From contig CDLV01000005.1 of the NCBI GenBank assembly GCA_001244265.2, positions 1,674,001-1,738,000 on the forward strand: a DNA stretch of 64,000 bases, in the 5' to 3' direction. The translations under genes and the position numbers were made by a program. Every line of letters starts with the position of its first letter. Positions within the stretch are counted from its first letter, which is position 1. This DNA is from Microbotryum violaceum. Lineage: Eukaryota. Under the pieces are notes generated by a model. The model did not search any database, was not told where the DNA came from, and saw only the letters and a program-made list of their open reading frames with translations. This document shows, piece by piece, positions 50,901 through 62,459 of this stretch.

Positions 50901-52844
50901 GGAAGAGCACCATGGTGGGATTGATGAGCCGAGGGAGGTCGGATCGGGACCGAGTAAGGAGAACCGAACGAGTGAGGCATCGGGGGTTGCGACGTCGCGG
51001 GCTGGGCGATCGTCGAGGACGCGGACCAACTTCCATCGTGGTGTGGGGATCCGACCGAAGCAGCTCCCGTGAGGACGCTCAACGAGTTGCGCGCATGTTG
51101 GGGCGAACCGACAAGCTCGGGGAGATGGTCGTCGTAGTCGTCGTCGTCGTCGTCGTCGCATTGGTTGCTACTGAGATCGGAGCCCGTGTCTTCCTCCGAG
51201 AGCAGGTCCGACGCGGGCGAAGCGCGGCTGGGTGGATCCGAGCCGAACTTGTCCCGACCGTAGGTGCAAAGCGTATCGGCCCTTCGGCATTTGATGCAGG
51301 GATCGCCTCCGTCGCAACGAGTCCTGTGCAGGGGAGTAAAGGAGACCAAGATGCCGGATGAGCCTCACCTTCGGAGACAAAACCGTTCCGACCGACTCGC
51401 GTCACTAACCTCATCCGGGTACACCCATCGCAGACCCTCATGACCCTCTGAAACTTTTTCTGCGGGGGGTTCTGCGTCCCGGACTGCCCACCGGACGAGA
51501 AAGGGGCCATCTCGTCCTCCAACTCGGACTGTGCGGCGGCCCTCTTCTTGGCCGAAGGCACGGACTCGCGCTTGTTCCTCGACCCAGACGAGGCCAACGA
51601 ACTTCCGATGGGAGTGTTATTCGCCGAAGAAGGTCCACCGGTCGGGTTAGGCGTCGATCCCCGTGATTTGGTGGGCTTGGGTGAGGACGATCTTGAATCG
51701 GATGCTTTGCTCCCCGAGGTTCCGGGCGCTTTGGCGTGTCCCAGCTCATGCCGCCTCAGAATGTCCCTGTATTTGAGAGGGCAAGCATATCAGCAGACCC
51801 GAACGGGGGAGTGGTGATTTCGAAGCGTATGAGATGCAGTGAACAGCTCTTCGCGCTCGCAGTAACGCTTCATCACTGAGAGAGAGCGCGCGTTTCCAAG
51901 GTGTTTCCAAGGGGAGGTTGTGCGGGGCGGGCAGCGATCTGGAAAGCCACAGCGCGTCGAAGCGGGCGAACGCACCTCCTAGCGAAGCCCTTGTTGCAAA
52001 CGGTGCAGACAAAGTCCTTGACCGTGCTGTACAGAGTAAAGAGGACACAGCCGTAGCAGGTCGAGTGTCAGCGATATGGTAGTGCTGAAGAGGGTGGGGC
52101 TCAGGGTGGGGAGGCGGGGGACATGACACCCCCCCTCCCAGCTTCCCCCGTGCCGCATGACGCGGTGAACAGACTCACGAATGCCTCGCCTGTTGATGCC
52201 TCGACAGATGTTCCTGGAGACGAGGGCATAGCCAAACAGGTCAACTCAAGGCGCTCGATGCCTCGACACTGCGGATCGGCGTCATCAGGTCGCCTTCCTC
52301 GTTCGCTCGTTCGCCCGCCCCACCCGCCGCGCCCTCCTGGCAACGCCGCCCCACCTTTCGGCGGGCACCACACGCCCTCCGCCCTCGCCTCGCATTCCGC
52401 CGTCGCAACGACCGCCAACAAAACTCGAACCTGGCCCACGTCCTGCATCGACTCGGGCATACCAGCTTCCACGACCCCAGTAGAACGCTTCCTCTCAACT
52501 CACTTGTCGCGTGTATCGACTCCCACATTCCTAATACATCACCCCCATCGCCCCACACGGGTCCGCATCCGCATTACATGCACCATGCGCACAAATGGTC
52601 GATTAACCCCCACCACCACATCGCGCGAATTGAGGAATAGTAAAAACGTAAGGACTCAATCAGCGGGGATTTCAAAAACCAAGGCAGAAAAAAAACCGCC
52701 CGCCCGAGGCTGAGCGCCACATTGGGCTGGTTGAAAAACAAACGCCGCCGCCGCGCGGGGGACTGGACGAATGAAGGGGTGGTGTAGATGGTGATAGCTT
52801 ACGGGGCACTGGAAGGGCCTGACGAGCTCATCCGTGTTGTTCAT
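47965..52844 (-). CDS. Transcription factor with two C2H2 fingers, a Zn(II)2Cys6 cluster and a fungal_trans domain
   Basis: RPFQCP...EHLSRHQQARH, DFVCTVCNKGFARR|DILRRHELGH, RVCDGCTRMR|TRCDGGDPCIKCRRADTLC, LFLQYYFTHFQSTLPILHRPTF, WRDREEVKRLGF. One small exon of finger 1 not located. Confidence 0.85.
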
Positions 52845-53252
52845 CCTTGGGCTCGACGCACGCGAGCAGAGACGCAGAGAGAGCAAAGTCCCCGGAGTGT
52901 CCGTAATGGATGGACGTCGACGCGAGCGATGCCCCACGCCCGCTCAGCGAGGTAAATGAATGTGGGAGAGGCAGAGGGAGAAGCAGATCGAGCTCGCGCG
53001 CCATTCCATTAGTCCGCAAGGTGGGGAAGTTGGCCAGTAGTGGGCCGGCCTGATTTTATTCTACTAATCGTGCCAAGCCTCCTCCATAGCGTTGCTGCTA
53101 ATCGGCAATGGAAACGTGGTGCCCTCACGAGTGGGGCGCCCGTGCCTCTCCTCTGCCGTGCGAAGTCACGACTCACCGCTCCGCTTGAGCCTGCGTATCC
53201 GCACTGGGACACTCGCTTTCATTCACCTTCTTGGACCCTCAAATATCCGAGG

Positions 53253-54671
53253 ATGACTTCGGTTTATATCGCACGGGATGAGTACGACGCTGACGATGAC
53301 GAACAGCAATTCGATTCAGCCGGAACCTCTCACACGAACGGCGCGACCGCGAACGAGGACGGTGGCGATGACGCTGAGTACGACGAGCAAGACTACGAGC
53401 AGGGGCACGCCGAGGAGGAATACTACGAGGAAGAATACTACGAAGAGAAAGAAGCAGACGTCATCCCGGAACCTCCTGCCCGACCCGTCAAACCTGTTTC
53501 GGATGTGGACGACTCGGTTTATTACGATCATACCTCGTTGATGAGGTGTTGGACGTCCGCCCTGTCCGATTACAAGGTGGATTTGATTTGCCTATACTGG
53601 ACTCCTGCGTACGCTAACTTCACTTAGACCCTCCTGAGCCTCCCATAGTTCCTTCATCCTTCCTCTTTCCTTGCCTCGACCGAAGCCCCTCGATCCAAGC
53701 GGGCCAAGCATCTCGCTGCACCACTGTAAGAACACTATCCATCCATCTCACCATGAAAAACATACACTAAACACTATATCTCGCTCAACAGATGGTACGG
53801 TCCCCTCCCTCTCGTCGGCACGAGCTCAACCACCGGTCGATCCCGCTCCGTATTCTCCACGAGCACGACCACCACTACCAACATGAACGGCGGTCCACCC
53901 TCGTACCACAACATGTCGGCCAGCCAAAAAAGGAACGCCAAGAAACGCGCGAGGAGGGATCGGTTGGCCGCTCAACATGCGACACAAGAAAAGGGCATTT
54001 CACCTTTTATCGGAGGTGAGGCCCTCGGGGGTGGGGGTAAGAGGAGACGACTCGGTTCTCGAGACGGGAGTCACGACGAGCCGAGCTGGACACCACAGTC
54101 GCCGGATTTCCAGAGAGATGCATCTGTGGAAGCTAAGGAATCTGAGAAAGACGAGGAGGTCGAGGTAGCGGAACAAGCTACGGAGCTCCAGATGGACGTG
54201 GAACCGACGGGGCCATCAACGCGTCCATCATCAACACTCACACGGGATTCGACACGAACAAAAACTTTACCTACTGCAGCCGGACCAAGTCTACCTTCAT
54301 CTTCCTCCCGGTCCAACGCAGCGTCATCCTTTCTCCCTAATCTCACCGAGCCCTCACCCTTCACCTCATCCCTCTTACCGAAGAAGCAAACCCATCCGTC
54401 AAGAACCCCCACAACCTTCCTTTCCCCTCCCCCGATCGTCCCTCTCGACCCCGAAACCATCACCTCAGTCCGAGCCGAAAGGCTCGAAGCCGCACGCCAA
54501 AGAAAAGTTCAACAACTTCGGAAAGCCCAGTGCGAGGAAGAGGCCGAAGTCGAGGGGGAGGATGAGAGCGAGCAAGGCTTGTTGCAGAGTGCGCTGTGGG
54601 CTTGGTATACGGCGGGGTATCAGACGGCGTTGTATCATGCTGCTGTAGGAGTGGCTGGGGTAACGGAATGA
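53253..54671 (+). CDS. SMN1: Survival motor neuron (SMN)-like protein lacking a Tudor domain
   Basis: Gemin2-binding-like motif YDHTSLMRCWTSALSDYK, spliced PL|WYGPLP, and C-terminal YG-box-like LLQSALWAWYTAGYQTALYHA. Introns about 53577-53648 and 53726-53791. Confidence 0.7.
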
Positions 54672-54834
54672 AAACATAGTTCTTGCCAGATGGTCCGCAG
54701 ATTCGCTTCGCTCGGAATGACTTTACGAGAGACTAGCCTGTGTCACATTCTCAGGGTATCTAAAACATACGCGGATCACTTTCATTATCAACAAATGATG
54801 CTTAGTGCACTAGCGCTACAATCGCGCAAGCTCT

Positions 54835-56164
54835 TTACAATTTGGCCTTCAACTCTCCCTGCGGCCTCGTCGCAAAAGTCGGCCCCTCCCCTCTCGTGAC
54901 CTGATCAACGATTTTATCCACCCAATCAATACACCACTGTGCCCCGTCTTCGCTCGTCAACCACTCCCCACCTTCCCCTAATTCCTTCTTCGCCTCCTCC
55001 TCGAACGAAGCTTTCCTCAACCCAAAGACATGCGAAATCACTTGGGGTTCAACACCCCCCTGAGCTCGGAGACACGAGATGGCGATCAAAGAAGTCAAGA
55101 TGCGACCGACTGTGGAGGTGCTTTCGCCCGGAGAAGAAGACTGGAAAGGAGGATCGGCGAGTAAAGCGCCGTAGTGGGAATTGAGGATGTGGACGGGGAG
55201 GTCGGGATGTGAGGCCGAGAGGATCGAAAGTAGTTTTGTGGATTGGGGGTCGTAGATCGAGTTCCAGAGGGCGTTGGCGCGGGATGAGACAGTCGAGGGG
55301 TCCTTGGGCTCACTGTGTATGCATGTATAGGTTTCGTCAGTGTGTGAGATCGGTCAAGCTGAAGATCTTGCTTGCGAGAATCCTTGACGCACCGAGTGGG
55401 GGTCGTGCCGAGACGTTCTTGGATCGGCACCGGAACGGCGGAACGAAGTGCAGCCAGGTTGTTGATCGACTGGAAAAGAAATGGATAGCAAGTGAGCACA
55501 GCACAACTTGGTCGGGGGTGAAGCGGGCAGAGGACATCTTGTCCGAGCGCATCCGGCCTGCCCCGGGATGATCCGAGAAAATGGGTGTGGAACGCACGCG
55601 TGGTATCCCGTTGAAACTGAAGGGAACACCACAGTACACATCAAATGGTGAGCAAACAAGGAAGGCACCAAAAGGCCACTCTAGTGCTCGCTCACCTGAT
55701 GCACTTGAGTCCGACCTCCCTCATCAACTGATGTTCCATCCGTGGTAGCCTTGGGAGTCAGCTCACGACACGATGCAGTCTCTAGCACGCACGGGGATGA
55801 TGCGACCCACAGCAGCTGTCCTGACTTGATCATCCCCGGTCGCGTCCTTGGTTGCGAAGGTGTAGAGGTGCTTGAGCGAGTCCGGTGAGTTGAGCGTGGC
55901 CAGTGTCGCTGACTGTATGCAGCGGAAGGACATCCCGGGTATCGATGAGTACCCTCGTGTTCTCCATATCGAAGCCAGAACGGTACGACTGACCGACAAT
56001 GTCAACCACGTGTTGGATCCTACGCCCTTCCCCTTCGCACTCGACCTCAACCCCGCGAATAAGCGATCCAGCGAAGCCGCCGAGGGGGCCGGCAACGGTG
56101 CACCCCTAGCAGCACTCGAGCCGATCAACGCCTTCAGCGACTGAGACAACTTGATGGGCGGCAT
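54835..56164 (-). CDS. Pxp2/AhpD-like (carboxymuconolactone decarboxylase fold) protein with PTS1
   Basis: LMREVGLKCI|SFNGIPR|SINNL, HPDLPVHILNSHYGALLADP, VGRILTSLIAISCLRAQGGVEPQVISHVFGL, WLTSEDGAQW; C-terminal KAKL*. Confidence 0.75.
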
Positions 56165-58406
56165 ATCCGTAAATCACACAAGCTTAAGCCCAAATTACGG
56201 CAGAGATAGGGCTTTCCAAGACGAGGGTTTTCGTTCTATACGACACCGACTCTAGGGAAGATCAGCAAGATCAGCTCGGCCGCGCCAGAGAGATCATTTT
56301 AGCCACGGGTTTCAAAGCTAGCCAAGTCCAAGCGGGAAAATTAATGAGGCGCCGCGACGTTGGCAGAAACATCAAAAGTGGGGCGCACGCCCCCACTACA
56401 GTGAGAGTGTGTCAGCGACTGCCTGAGTTAGGTACCTCGCCTCTGCGAGTCTGCGTACTATTCGCGGTCAGATTAAGGCGGTCGAGAAGTTGTCCTGATC
56501 GAGTCCAACGCCGACGCCAGCCGCGCCGGCACTTTTAGCGTCAAGCTAGCCAGGCAATAAAGGCAAGGATGTGCTCCTCCTCTGGAAAGTCTGCCCAAGA
56601 TACGGCAACAGCAGCCGTACACGGTGTCTGAAACCGAATGAAGTGGAAAAAATGAAAGAAGGTTTCCTACAACGAGCTAGAGACAAACGTTTACCCCGAT
56701 CGTCCCCCGCATTGATTCCCAGGGCAGTGGATCACGATAAGCCCTTTGGTCGACCTTCCCCACAAATCCCATCGATCAGTCGCGCCTTTCTTCGCGCGCC
56801 GAAGGCGAATGCGAATTTCCTCTCTTCCCTCCTCGTCCGGTCGAGGGCGCCTCTTTATTAAGGCAGAGGTGCCGCGGTCGGCCACATGACCTGTAGTAGC
56901 TTCCCACTGTGTTGTTGATCAAAAGGCACATGGGCCTACTACTGGGTTAAGCAGGGTAAGTGGTACCTGCTCCCCCACCTTCGGCTTGCGCCCCCTTTTT
57001 CACCGTCCGCTGGGAGTTGGCGCGGTCTTCTGCGTGATTTCCCCGGCATCAATACTTGGCCAGACATACTTTTTTTAACAGAAAAACAAATCAAAAAAAT
57101 CCTCTGCCGGTCTACGAGCCACATTTTAGGGCTAAGCGATTGGTGTACCAAGTCTGTGCCATTGTATAATTCGCTCGATGAGGCGACACGGAAAACGTCT
57201 CTTCTTCCTTTTTAGCGGCCCTCATTCCCCCTGAACGACCGGCCACTCTGCGTACGTAGTACGCTTGGGCATTATCGAGGTGGGGTTTCCCCTCGATCTC
57301 CGATTGGTGTTGTGCATCTTCCCGTTCGACTCTGGCTTTCGCCCTGTCGACTTGCATCTTTTCCCAATTCTCTCACTTCCTGACTCTTTGCCGCTGCTTC
57401 CCATACTCGTTTCGACGTGCACCTGACACGTCGTCTCGTCGACTTTCTGCAGCGTCCATCCATCTCTGTTGAGTTCCAGAACGACTCTCCGCCTCAATTC
57501 TACGAACTCGGGTATCTGCCGAATCGATCAACGGCACCGGCGTCCGAGCTCGAGCGGCGACGTCAGCATCGACGTCACCTGCTGTTCGCTCGACCGGTCC
57601 TCCGCAGCGACTCGAGACCAATAACATCGACAAAGCTACACCACCCATCTGTACACGACGTCGAAGATCTCCAAGGTTAGTTGTAGTGGCTTTACTCTTC
57701 TTTGTCGGCGTTTTACGTTAGGTCTTTGCTCGGCAATCGTCGGCAAATTTCTGCGCTGCATCTTGGGCTCCCATTAGCCTTCGATCCATCTCGTTGCTTT
57801 CCGCTGCGAATACGCGCGAACCATGGGTTTTTGATGCTGCTTGCCCTTCTGTCGGTCGGAATCTGGCTTGGGGTTCTTTTTTTTTGTTCTTTTTTGTTTG
57901 GGTGAGGCGTCGTGGTGTGGCTGGCCCCGAGGCCGTGCACCCCCCCGCCGAATGCAGCAGCTCATTTGCGCTGCTACATAGTCAGCTGTTCCCCCACCCC
58001 TCGTCGGCCCTAAAATAAGAGAAACGCCCCACGGCGCGCACCGCGGCAGCTCGCCCAGAGCGGATGGTGCCACGACGCGCATCTGCGACAATCCCAGTCT
58101 TGCCGCTGCGCCAGTTTTGAGCCCTTTGGGACTGGGGGGGCGACGGCTATCGTCGTTGTTTCTCGCGTACAACGTCTCGCTTGGATTCGACCTCAACTCA
58201 GGCCGACGGTGTTTCACCTTTGGCTACAACACGCGTTTTGTTTTTGGTCACGATAAGATCCACCGATTAATGGCAACATTCTCTTCGGTCTATCGTCCCT
58301 GAACGACGCAGTTGGCTTGCAGCAAGACCTCCTCGAGCAGCGGTATTACCGTGCCATCGTCATTCGTTGACGACCACTGGAGGCTCGCGACGAGCTCCCC
58401 ATCAAG

Positions 58407-60841
58407 ATGACCGTGAGTCTCGAGCTGAACCACCCGAGCCTTCGTGTAGTTCGAGGTTCATTATACCCGTGAATTGGGGGCGAACGATGCTGATGTACGT
58501 GATCCATGCCGGATCATCGTCGTCCAACAGGCCGCGAGACCGAGCACGGGCTCAGCCTCGGCCCAAGTCGGTTCGTCGGGGCAACTGCAATCTCACTCGA
58601 GCGCACGAGGCGTCCAGTCCGACGCGGCCGCTGGTGCCCAGCCTGGCAAACCCACGACACTCAACTCATCAGCAGCTTCATCGTCCTCGTCCTCGTCGTT
58701 CACCAATAAAACACCCCGCTTCGTTTCGAGGCATTGTCATCAGGACAAGGTCAGTCTTTCTGTCACACACACACGCACACCCCTGATCGTCGTCTCGTCG
58801 ACTTGCTTCGGCACTTCCGGCGCTTCACCCGCGCATGGCCCCCTATTGCAACTGAGTCAATTAAAACACCCATTTCATGAGCGCCACACACCCGCGCGCG
58901 CGACTCGCCTCGGAACCCACTGCGCTTCCGAACGTATACGCCCTTGTCGCCCTGTCGCCCATCGCCCATCGCCCGAGTTCCAACTTGGAGCCCACTCTTT
59001 ATCGAGGGAGATCGCCAACAAGCCGGCCCCACCTCCGAGCCAAGCCCCGATCGGCCAATTTACAGCAACTGATCACAGACATCACATTGGCCACTTTTTC
59101 CCCTGAATACAGAAAACTCCCGTTACCCAACCCCGTATGTTCTGCAGCAACACCGATTGCTCCTTCAACTACTGCGACAAGTGCATCCGCAAACAGTGAG
59201 CCCCCCTTATCCGCTTCCCTCTGTTGCCGGATCTGGCACCTCCCTATCGCTTTTTTCTTTCGCGAAGGGCTGCATGCTTTGCCCAGCAATTAGAAACGTT
59301 GTACTGATTTGAACCTGCCTATGGCTCGCAGCTATACCTCCATACCTTTCGTGGCCAATGCTCTGTTCGAATGTCCGGCATGCCAGGGAATCTGCAGCTG
59401 CGCTCGCTGCGTCAAGGCGCGCATCCGCAACAAAAAGGTGCGATCTGCACCAGGTGGAAAACGACTACAGCATCATTCCTTAGGAGGCGCTCATCACGAA
59501 GATCACGGCGACGAGGAGAGCGATGCGGCGACCAGCGGGGACGAGGCAAGCGCTCAGAGCACTTTAAGGAAGCGCAAGTCTGCCAAGGGATCGAGCGCCA
59601 CGCAGGGCCATGGACCTCTTCCGAATGGCTCGGAGCAAGACCCTGGGTCACAATTTGGTGCTCATGTCGAAGCATCGGGTGCAAGCGCTGCTCGTCAATC
59701 GCGCACGCGCAGACGCGATTCGGTGGGAGCGAGCGATGACGAAGACGACGACGACGCCGAAAGCGATGTCCCCGCGAACATGTACAACGCAGCTTTCGGT
59801 CACTTTCCAGCATACTCAATGCCGGAAAGTTCTCCTAGCGCTTCCGAGATGATGCTACCCCAACTTGTGCTCGGAACGGGCGAGGTCGTCGACCCTAACG
59901 TCGCTCCCTTCCACGGCGCGCGCGTCCAGGCGACTCCAGCGGAGTACGACGGGTTCTCATTCGCCGCCTTTTCCATCGAATCTAACGGTGTCAAGCCCTG
60001 CCCGCCTACACTGCCGAGACCTACCTCGTCATTCTGGCAGATGGAGGCACCCGAGCGCAAACGCCGGAGAATGAGCACGGGGTCGGCCGGCTCCTCGGCG
60101 CCATCGGTGTCGTCTCTATCCTCCTTTCCCGACTCGGGGTCCCGGTCCGGAACAGGCACGGGCTCGATGGACTCGTATACATCGGTCGACTCAACATGCT
60201 CAAGCCCCGAGGCGACGACGACAGTGTGCGAGGCGGAAGCAACGACACCTCCCGTCTTTCCTGACGAAGACAAGGCCGACATGGACGACGACCTCGACTC
60301 TTTGCTCTTCAGCCAAGGCACTTTTTCATCTGTCACCGGTCTGGGTGGACTCAGCTCGACTTTGACCACATACCCGACCATCGACGGGGCGTCACCGATG
60401 CGTCTCGCTATACCCACGGCCGACGAGGTGACGAATTCGATCTCGCACGACTCGTTTGCGCCGGCCAAGCTCGGTTCCTTAAACGACTGGGGCACTTTGG
60501 GGTCCTCCAGCTCTAATCTCATGCCGACCCACCACCGTATCCCCTCATCTTCATCGGCGTCGACGCTGCTTTCAACGTCTACCGACTCGTTCGCTGAAGC
60601 CCCTGATGCTCAGACCTCGGCGTCCTCGGTCATCTCCTGGTGCGATGAACTAGAGCTCGACTTTGGGCCGATGACAAGTGATGCTCGCCGCCCCAGCTGC
60701 TCCTTCAGTGGCCCATATCTTCCGCCCCATCATCACCACTTTTCGACTCGGGAAGACGATGAGTTTAGTTGGGCTACCAACGGCGTCACTTCTTCGATCG
60801 ATCACGGCGCGTTTGTCCAAGTCGATGATTGGATCAACTGA
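58407..60841 (+). CDS. zf-4CXXC_R1 (CDCA7-type zinc finger) domain protein with long disordered C-terminus
   Basis: Spliced model MT|AARPSTG...RHCHQDK|KTPVTQPRMFCSNTDCSFNYCDKCIRKH|YTSIPF...FECPACQGICSCARC; introns 58413-58530, 58750-59112 and 59196-59331. Confidence 0.75.
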
Positions 60842-62459
60842 GCGGAGGTCTCTCTCGATAGTCGAATCACGACTCTCTGGTCACAGACAACCCTTCGCGT
60901 GTAAATAAGTGTACAAACACGATGGTCTTGGCTGTGTGTCTCTCTTGTTGAATGAATCTGAACCTTCGTCTTTACTTCTGTTTTGCTCTTCCTCGCTTCG
61001 CCTCCATGCTTATAAATTCCTGCCCGGGTTTCATCTGTCTGCCCGATATTAGTTTCACCTCGTCCAAAATATACAAATCTCTTCCTCTTCCGAGACCTTG
61101 TCGTTTCTAAAAGTTCTCGCTTCTTTTCCATCTTTTGCACTCGTCCTTGGAAGTAATATTTTGGTAGTCCTGATCTGTCATTAAAGCAAAAGACAACTCG
61201 ATCTAAACTGTAGAAACTTTTCAGACCGCTCGGATAGAGAAAGCAGAACGTTGTTTGCATCTCAGCACCAGCTGCGACTCACAAACGATCGGACGTGTTC
61301 TGCCTTAGCGGGCCGGGTGTAGGACTGAGCCGGGGCAGGACATCTTTCGTCTCAACTCGATTGCATCCAAATGGGTGATCTCGCGCCCCTCGCTGAGTGG
61401 TTTGGAGCTCTGTTTAGCGTGCATGGACATAGACCCGACCCACAGCTTCTCACCGTGGTTCAATAACATGAACATGGCGATGGCGCCGAGCACCCTTATT
61501 CTGCGCCTCAGGTTCGCCCGCGCGGCGCTCCAGGCTCGAACTGAGCCCCAGTTAAGGTACGCTCGCGACAGGGTCTCGTTGGCTCAGCTGCCTCATTTGT
61601 ACAGCATGCACGTCTACGCACGCTCGTCCGGCGACTATTGCTCAGTTCCTATGGGATAGAAGGGGCGGCCGGGAGTCCCAGTGCGAGTCGGTCTCGTCGA
61701 GGACAGTAGAACGACTCGGAGCGGTCCCCATCTCGCAGCCACATGTGACCGGTTAAAGTGAATGACAGGGAACGCAAAACGTACATGAGCTAATGATATC
61801 AAGAAGTGCGCTCGCAATGCAAGGTCGTCGCCTGGGACCTGGACCGCGGCCAAACGAGCAAACTTCAAGTTTTCGACAGCTTGGGAATCTACTAACGAGC
61901 GATGAGGCGAACCGAGACGTGGCGCCGAGTTCGATCCTACTACAGGCCTTTGAAGCGGTACATGGGCAAGTGGCAGCACGCCCTGGGGAGATCCTCTTAG
62001 AACGCATCAAAAATATTCTTGGGCGCTGTACATGATCTCTTGCGTTATTTAATGGATCATGCGAACAAGTGCAGTGCGGTCACTCAGGGGGTCCGTCCGG
62101 GCCAAGGCAGCTTTCGCCAAAATAGCTGAGTGCGGCACTAAATATTCAAGGGATCCCAAGTCGTACATTTCGGAGTAAAATACCCTGGTCTTGGGAGTAA
62201 TTACATACCATTTTGCTGTAAGGCATCTCCGACGCTGTGATCGCTGTGATGGCTTCTACAGCTGTAGACCAGATCCGCACGATCGAGTGCGCCACGCCGC
62301 CAGCGTTCGTTCGCGCCGCTCGCTCGGGCCTGGCCGGGGAGACCAAAATATCGCCGAGCAGCCACCACACGCGGTGGTGCTCTCTCGACAGTTCCGCTCC
62401 AGCTGAGCTCGTTCTTGTTCCGTGCGCCCGCTTCTCCCCCCTTCCTCAGCTTTTCAAAA

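Noticed and set aside
49985..51361. 458-aa Arg-rich plus-strand ORF
   Set aside because: Antisense shadow of the Ser/Pro-rich transcription factor exon.
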